A stretch of DNA of 36,194 nt, taken from a virus. Lineage: Duplodnaviria > Caudoviricetes. The stretch lies in IMG/VR virus record IMGVR_UViG_3300011339_000777, positions 1-36,194 of that record. The stretch is one strand, 5' to 3'. Every line of letters begins with the position of its first letter. Position 1 is the first letter of the stretch. The notes under the pieces were generated by a model. The model did no database searches, was not told the origin of the DNA, and worked only from the letters and a program-made list of their open reading frames with translations. Positions 33,910 through 36,194 of this stretch are shown one piece after another. Made by a program: the position numbers and the translations under genes.

Positions 33910-36194
33910 CTCTTAACCAGCTTCAAATCCGGTTCATTCTTCTTAACACCCTGCTCCGGCGTCTGTTCGACCATGCGCCGGAGTTCGCTTTTGTTCCACT
34001 TGCGCACCATATCCTCGCGCGCCCAAAGCGCTTTTTTGGTCTGATACTCGGCCGATTTGATCATGCCGAGGTCAATCCAGCCGGCTTCCTTCAAAGCGTG
34101 GATCAGCGCCGCCGGGACGACCTTCGCCCCATTCGGGCTGCCGGATTGCAGGGAATTACAAATGCGATGCAATGGTGACGCCACCACACCGGCCGCAAAC
34201 TCGATCGACGGGTGGTTGATCTGCTCCACGATGTAGCTTTCCGCCATGCTGCGGCTGTTCTCGATCAACCGTTCCTTGTACTCGGTCCACATGGGTGTCG
34301 CCTTGGGGCTGAACGCCGAGACGTCGCGCATGGCCAGCCACTTGGCCACGCGGGCCATGCCGCCGGCCTCGTACCACTTCCACAGGGCCTTGCCCTCGTC
34401 CTCAGTCATCTTCGGCGCATCCGACCAGATGCAGAACCAGCGCCGGTCCTGCGTCTCCAGCGTGATCGGCACCGAATGGTTCGAGAACGCCAGCACGAAA
34501 AGACGGTTCGCCATGTCATAGGGATGCAGGCCCTTGCGCTCGATCGGCAACATGTCGGGCGGCGCCGCAATGATCGGCTTCAGGCTGTTGGACAACGCGC
34601 GACGCTCGGCCGCCTCGGGCTCTTTCAACTCGTTCAGGATCATGATCTCGCTCTCCAGGGCATAGCCCCAGCGCGAATTAATGCTCTTACCGTCCACCAG
34701 GCCGCGGTTGCGCAGGCTAGGCCCGCACACGCTCCACAGGAACGGCGCCCACAGGCTGTCCTTGCCACAGCCCTCGTCGCCGCCGTGCAAGATCGCGTGG
34801 TTGATCTTGACGCGCGGGTTTTGCAACTTGTAGGCCATGACGTTGAACACATGCTCGCGTTCCTGCTGATCCGGTATCAGGTGCTCGGCATGGGCCAGCC
34901 ACACGCTGACGTCGCCGGGCGCCACGTCGGACAGGTCCGGGCGGGCGTCAACCCAGCGGTTGCCGTAGACCTCGCCCTCGCGCGACACCAGCACGCTGTC
35001 GCCGGCGGCGTAGGTGACGCCCTCCAGCACGCGGGCGCCTGCCGCCTGGCGGTTCTCGTCGTAGCATACGGACGCCTCAACGCGGCGGTCGGTGTGAATG
35101 GACTTGCACGACACATGGCGGAACACGGCGTTGAACGCACCGCGCGACATCTCGCGGCGGGCCTGCAAGTCGAAATAGGTGTCGTCCGACACGACGTAGG
35201 CGAAGCGCGTGTACCAGCCCGCCTTGTCAAGGCGGCCCACCTCCTTGCGGTCTACCTCGGCGATGACCTCGGACGCGGTGTCGCGAAACATGTCGTTGGG
35301 CTTCAGCACCTCGGCCACCGCCGCCATGCGCTCGGCCACCAACTCCTCGCGGAAGCCGGGCGTGACCTTGGGGCCGCCCTGCTCGGCCACCCACGCGAGG
35401 AAGGCGTTACTGTCCAGGTGCTGGCAGTGCCCATGGTAACAGCAGAACGCGCGGTTGACGGGAGAATAGCGGCCCTCCGGGTTGCCGTCCGTATGCTCGG
35501 CACTGTTCGGGCAGACGACGCCGCACCAGCCCTCGTTATTGACGCGGGACAGCACCATGGCGTTGTCGTTCAGCCACTTCAGCACCGTGTCGCTGCCGGT
35601 GTCCCTGATCTTGATGGACGGCAGACCCGCACCGTCCGCCGGACCCGGCACCACGTTGAGCGTCTTGCAAATGTCCTCCAACGTGTACTCGCGGCCGGGA
35701 TGGAACTCGACCAGCCGCGCCTTGAACCCTTCACGCCCGCGCTTCAGGTTGACGCTGCCGGGCAGGCGGCAGTTGCGCACCGCGTTGGTGGCGCCGGGGT
35801 CCGTGTAGCCGGCCTCCGCGATGGCGGTGATGGCCGCAGTGAATTCGCCCTTGGTCGGCTGTTCGCTGAAGGCGTAGCCCCATTGGAACGAACCCTCCGA
35901 CGTCTCCATGATCCATGTCGGATCGAGCGGCGGAACCTTGGACTTGGTGCCGACGTCGTCCAGCATCATGAACAGGACGTACTCGATGTTTTCGCTCTTG
36001 GCCGATGGCTTGCCCGCCGTGAAGCGGTCAATGACGAACGAGCCCGTGTTGACATACCACGCCTCGCCATCCTTGCGCTTGTGCGTCGGCAGGAAGGCCG
36101 GGAAGGTGGCGACCGGCGCACCATCCGCGTGGTACTTTATCTCACCGCCCGAATGGCGTGGTGTCTGCCGAACAATCAAGGCTGTCTCGCCGGC
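33906..36194 (-). CDS. Primase-helicase: RepB'-like AEP primase, Zn-binding segment and SF3/DUF5906-like helicase (starts at 163 across the junction)
   Basis: MLDDVG, PTWIMETSEGSFQWGY, RLPGS, CPNSAEH...CYHGHC, GGDEGCGKD, ILNE, FSNH, DRRW. Confidence 0.88.
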   Translation of the reverse strand, partial: AGETALIVRQTPRHSGGEIKYHADGAPVATFPAFLPTHKRKDGEAWYVNTGSFVIDRFTAGKPSAKSENIEYVLFMMLDDVGTKSKVPPLDPTWIMETSEGSFQWGYAFSEQPTKGEFTAAITAIAEAGYTDPGATNAVRNCRLPGSVNLKRGREGFKARLVEFHPGREYTLEDICKTLNVVPGPADGAGLPSIKIRDTGSDTVLKWLNDNAMVLSRVNNEGWCGVVCPNSAEHTDGNPEGRYSPVNRAFCCYHGHCQHLDSNAFLAWVAEQGGPKVTPGFREELVAERMAAVAEVLKPNDMFRDTASEVIAEVDRKEVGRLDKAGWYTRFAYVVSDDTYFDLQARREMSRGAFNAVFRHVSCKSIHTDRRVEASVCYDENRQAAGARVLEGVTYAAGDSVLVSREGEVYGNRWVDARPDLSDVAPGDVSVWLAHAEHLIPDQQEREHVFNVMAYKLQNPRVKINHAILHGGDEGCGKDSLWAPFLWSVCGPSLRNRGLVDGKSINSRWGYALESEIMILNELKEPEAAERRALSNSLKPIIAAPPDMLPIERKGLHPYDMANRLFVLAFSNHSVPITLETQDRRWFCIWSDAPKMTEDEGKALWKWYEAGGMARVAKWLAMRDVSAFSPKATPMWTEYKERLIENSRSMAESYIVEQINHPSIEFAAGVVASPLHRICNSLQSGSPNGAKVVPAALIHALKEAGWIDLGMIKSAEYQTKKALWAREDMVRKWNKSELRRMVEQTPEQGVKKNEPDLKLVKS
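36068..36194. repeat. Copy of bases 1-127
   Basis: Exact match. Confidence 0.95.

Overview
The window is an apparently complete, circularly assembled tailed-phage genome of about 36,067 bp. Bases 1-127 repeat exactly at 36068-36194, and the primase-helicase gene runs through that junction. It has a P22-like podovirus morphogenesis module on the minus strand: terS, terL, portal, scaffold, coat, gp4/gp10-like tail proteins, three ejection proteins, a beta-helix tailspike, two fibres and a lysis cassette. The replication module comprises a family A DNA polymerase, putative SSB, Cas4-like nuclease, VRR-NUC, SNF2-like helicase and RepB'-type primase-SF3 helicase, with a free-standing HNH-AP2 endonuclease. 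A plus-strand early region holds many small ORFs, including a half-size sliding-clamp homologue and a DnaA domain IV-like protein. No integrase, repressor, tRNA, CRISPR array or reverse transcriptase was recognised. Promoter style (some -10 elements lack the final T, probable leaderless mRNAs) and gene content suggest an alphaproteobacterial host (inference). Most notable signals: (1) five TetR-operator-like palindromes next to an iteron-flanked origin although no TetR is encoded; (2) a putative plug-and-socket fibre docking system of acidic L-x-x-E-x-G peptides and paired ISxLP domains; (3) a truncated beta clamp retaining the peptide pocket; (4) hairpins with anti-Shine-Dalgarno loops before the polymerase and primase genes; (5) five basic microproteins between terL and portal. 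All protein calls come from reading motifs by eye; no database searches were run.
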